This document shows, piece after piece, positions 17,453 to 20,000 of a stretch of DNA of 20,000 bases (positions are counted from its first letter, which is position 1; every line of letters starts with the position of its first letter). The stretch is from the sequence record SRR2962707_1739, one strand, 5' to 3'. Under the pieces are notes generated by a model, which searched no databases, was not told the origin of the DNA, and saw only the letters and a list, made by a program, of their open reading frames with translations. Both the position numbers and the translations under genes were made by a program.

Positions 17453-18261
17453 TGAAGAAAAAGATTGAAAAGGTATTCGACATGCCCGTAGAAGAAACGG
17501 AAAAAAGTCCTATAGAAGGGGCTGAAGGGGAAATGGACGACACAGTAGACAGTGAGCAAAAGCAACCACACCGAGGTGTGTACTTGCTGCCTAATCTGTT
17601 TACAACGGCGGCTTTGTTTTCTGGTTTCTATTCTATTATCGCGGCAATGAACGGTGATTTTACCCATGCCGCTGTAGCGATCTTTATTTCGATGGTGTTT
17701 GACGGGCTAGACGGGCGAGTGGCTCGCTTAACTCGAACGCAAAGTGCGTTTGGTGCGGAATACGACTCGCTTGCTGACATGGTCTCTTTTGGTATTGCCC
17801 CTGCGCTGGTGGCTTTTACTTGGGCCTTGGCGCCATTAGGCAAAGTCGGTTGGATTGCGGCTTTCATTTATGCCGTAGGCGCGGCGTTACGATTAGCGCG
17901 CTTTAATACCATGATCGGCATCGAAGATAAGCGTTACTTTACCGGATTACCAAGCCCTGCTGCGGCGGCCATTGTGGCAAGTGTTATTTGGGCCGCCAAT
18001 GACAGCGGAGTGTCAGGAGAAAGCCTCGCGACCGTGATGGCGCTCTTGGTTCCGATTACTGGATTGTTGATGGTAAGTAATGTCAAATTCCGCAGTTTTA
18101 AAGATTTGGATGTAAAAGGACGCGTGCCTTTTGTTGTATTGCTTATTGCGGTGCTGGTTTTAGTCTTTGTTGCTTTAGAGCCAGCCATTGTTCTGATGGG
18201 TGTCTTTTGTCTGTATGGCCTTTGGGGCCTACTTGGTGTCGTGTCTGAACGGTTTCGCTAG
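17452..18261 (+). CDS. pssA: CDP-diacylglycerol--serine O-phosphatidyltransferase, subclass II (CDP-alcohol phosphotransferase type)
   Basis: LLPNLFT, DGLDGRVAR...FGAEYDSLADMVSFG, LRLARFN and FTGLPSP. Start is either 17452 (TAATG overlap with hemL) or 17482 (after AAGGT). Confidence 0.93.
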   Translation: MKKKIEKVFDMPVEETEKSPIEGAEGEMDDTVDSEQKQPHRGVYLLPNLFTTAALFSGFYSIIAAMNGDFTHAAVAIFISMVFDGLDGRVARLTRTQSAFGAEYDSLADMVSFGIAPALVAFTWALAPLGKVGWIAAFIYAVGAALRLARFNTMIGIEDKRYFTGLPSPAAAAIVASVIWAANDSGVSGESLATVMALLVPITGLLMVSNVKFRSFKDLDVKGRVPFVVLLIAVLVLVFVALEPAIVLMGVFCLYGLWGLLGVVSERFR

Positions 18262-18279
18262 TTTTTAATCTTTGTATCT

Positions 18280-18314
18280 AAAGGCCCAGTTTGTGCAACA
18301 AACTGGGCCTTTTT
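18280..18314 (+). terminator. Intrinsic terminator after pssA
   Basis: Perfect 15-bp stem AAAGGCCCAGTTTGT-GCA-ACAAACTGGGCCTTT, ending in a T5 tract. Confidence 0.92.
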
Positions 18315-18323
18315 GCATTTTTA

Positions 18324-18351
18324 GGAACTAGTCCAGAGGAGGAGAGTCTAT
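18324..18351 (+). promoter_or_regulatory. Putative RpoE/AlgU (sigmaE)-type promoter of msrPQ
   Basis: G-GAACTA-16 bp-TCTAT versus consensus GAACTT-N16-TCTRA; lies between the terminator and the msrP Shine-Dalgarno. Confidence 0.62.
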
Positions 18352-18376
18352 TTTTGATTATTAGAGGAGCCTAGCG

Positions 18377-19366
18377 ATGTTGATTAAAAATAAAAAACGT
18401 TCTGATTGTTCTGAAGCAGAAGTCACCCCTGAATCCATTTATCTAAACCGCCGTCAATTTATGAAAGCCTCAGGCGGTATTGCGCTAGGTGTGAGTGCCA
18501 GTAATGTATTTGCTGCGTTACAAGGTGGGAACTCTCTGCGTCCTCCCGCGCCCCTTAAAGAAGCCTTTGCTCAGATTATCCAAACCTCATACGGTAAAAG
18601 TGAGACACCTGCGCCTTATGATGTTGCCACAACCTACAATAACTTTTATGAATTTGGTTATGGAAAAGGGGACCCTGCTGAGCGAGCGGGGAACTTTAAT
18701 ACTCGACCTTGGACCATTACAGTAGAAGGTGAAGCTGAAAATACAGGTACCTTTGATCTAGACGACATCATCAAAACCTCTGCACTGGAAGAACGGATTT
18801 ATCGACACCGTTGTGTGGAGGCGTGGTCGATGGTTATCCCTTGGGTTGGAGTGTCACTTTCAGACGTTCTGAAGCGCTTTAAACCGACATCAAAAGCCAA
18901 GTATGTGTATTTTGAAACCCTTTATGACCCTAAACAAATGCCAGGACAAAATGGCGGGAGTTTAGACTGGCCGTATCGCGAGGGGTTAAGAATCGATGAA
19001 GCGATGAATTCCTTAGCGATGTTCACCGTCGGCATGTATGGAAGTATTTTGCCTAACCAAAATGGGGCGCCGGTAAGATTGGTTCTGCCCTGGAAATACG
19101 GATTTAAAGGAATTAAATCGATTGTTAAAATTCGCTTTGTTGAAAGCATGCCATTAACCACATGGAGTTCATTAGCACCCAGTGAGTATGGTTTCTACGC
19201 AAACGTGAACCCTAATGTAGATCACCCTCGTTGGTCTCAAGGTCAAGAGCGTCGTTTACCTGGCGGCTTATTATTCCCTAATGTGATCGATACACAAATG
19301 TTCAATGGCTATCAGGATGAGGTCGCTGATCTGTATTCTGGAATGGATTTGAAGAGGTTCTTTTAG
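18377..19366 (+). CDS. msrP: Periplasmic protein-methionine-sulfoxide reductase, molybdoenzyme subunit
   Basis: EVTPESIY, Tat signal NRRQFMK, YNNFYEFG, RHRCVEAWSM (Mo-ligand Cys) and QNGAPVRLVLPWKYGFK. Confidence 0.97.
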   Translation: MLIKNKKRSDCSEAEVTPESIYLNRRQFMKASGGIALGVSASNVFAALQGGNSLRPPAPLKEAFAQIIQTSYGKSETPAPYDVATTYNNFYEFGYGKGDPAERAGNFNTRPWTITVEGEAENTGTFDLDDIIKTSALEERIYRHRCVEAWSMVIPWVGVSLSDVLKRFKPTSKAKYVYFETLYDPKQMPGQNGGSLDWPYREGLRIDEAMNSLAMFTVGMYGSILPNQNGAPVRLVLPWKYGFKGIKSIVKIRFVESMPLTTWSSLAPSEYGFYANVNPNVDHPRWSQGQERRLPGGLLFPNVIDTQMFNGYQDEVADLYSGMDLKRFF

Positions 19367-19367
19367 C

Positions 19368-19973
19368 GTGTCTACTTTCTGGGATCGAAAAGAAAAGCCT
19401 ATTGTCGCCATTGTGTTTGCTTTGCCGTTTTTTTGGATGCTGGCTTCCTTGTTTATGGGGCGCTACTTTCCTGACCCCGGAAAGTTACTGATGCCATTAA
19501 GTGGCTCTTGGGCTGGAGTGGCTGTTGTCTCTGTTTTGGCTTTAACGCCACTGGCAAGAATAAAAGCGCTGAAGGTGTTATCTCGTTATCGTCGATTTGT
19601 GGGATTGACCGCTTTCTTTTATTCACTGTTGCACCTAGTTATTTATCTGGTGCTGTTTGCGGGATTAAGTTGGTCTTGGATTAGCTCGGATCTTATCGAG
19701 AAGCCTTATATTTACGCTGGTGTGCTGGCGCTTGTGATCTTCTTTTTATTGGCGATTACCAGTACCAAGAAAATGATGCGCCGCCTAGGGAAAGATTGGA
19801 AAAAACTGCATCGCTTTATCTACCTTGCTGCTTTAGCGGTTATTGCGCATCTATGGTGGCAGGTGAAAAGTGATGTTTCGACGGCACTTTGGTTTTCGGT
19901 ATTTTTGGTTCCTCTATTAGTGATGCGTTGGGAGCAATTTCCAGTGCTAAAACGTCTTTTCAAAAAAAACTAA
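19368..19973 (+). CDS. msrQ: Heme-binding membrane subunit MsrQ
   Basis: RRFVGLTAFFYSLLH, LAITS and WKKLHRFIY...H; begins 1 nt after the msrP stop. Confidence 0.93.
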   Translation: MSTFWDRKEKPIVAIVFALPFFWMLASLFMGRYFPDPGKLLMPLSGSWAGVAVVSVLALTPLARIKALKVLSRYRRFVGLTAFFYSLLHLVIYLVLFAGLSWSWISSDLIEKPYIYAGVLALVIFFLLAITSTKKMMRRLGKDWKKLHRFIYLAALAVIAHLWWQVKSDVSTALWFSVFLVPLLVMRWEQFPVLKRLFKKN

Positions 19974-20000
19974 GAAAGTGTTAAAAAGTGCTTGCGCTAA

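Noticed and set aside
539..19161. Short ORFs of 60-113 aa overlapping annotated genes (e.g. 539-799, 1523-1855, 3606-3890, 6014-6301, 10075-10416, 17380-17667)
   Set aside because: They are antisense or off-frame shadows of well-supported genes, with no recognisable motifs.

Overview
Gene-dense chromosomal window from a marine gammaproteobacterium (Marinomonas/Oceanospirillales-like; this is inferred from gene content and synteny, not from a search). Left to right it holds: the end of a surface-polysaccharide/LPS locus (GT4 glycosyltransferase, DnpA-like PIG-L deacetylase with a 21-bp internal tandem duplication); a complete Cpx envelope-stress locus (cpxA, cpxR, cpxP, with CpxR boxes); a FadM-like thioesterase; a divergent VOC/LysR pair; a soluble PAS-PAS chemoreceptor; an amino-acid export cluster around luxS (Lrp, EamA, LysE/RhtB, luxS, yjeH, Lrp); and a co-oriented run of CLC-family gene, hemJ, hemL, pssA, msrP and msrQ. 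No mobile element, CRISPR array or RNA gene was seen. The best leads are luxS embedded among three amino-acid exporters and two Lrp regulators, a CLC protein with a degenerate anion site and a probable CTG start, a sigmaE-type promoter before msrPQ, and an anchorless DnpA-like protein.
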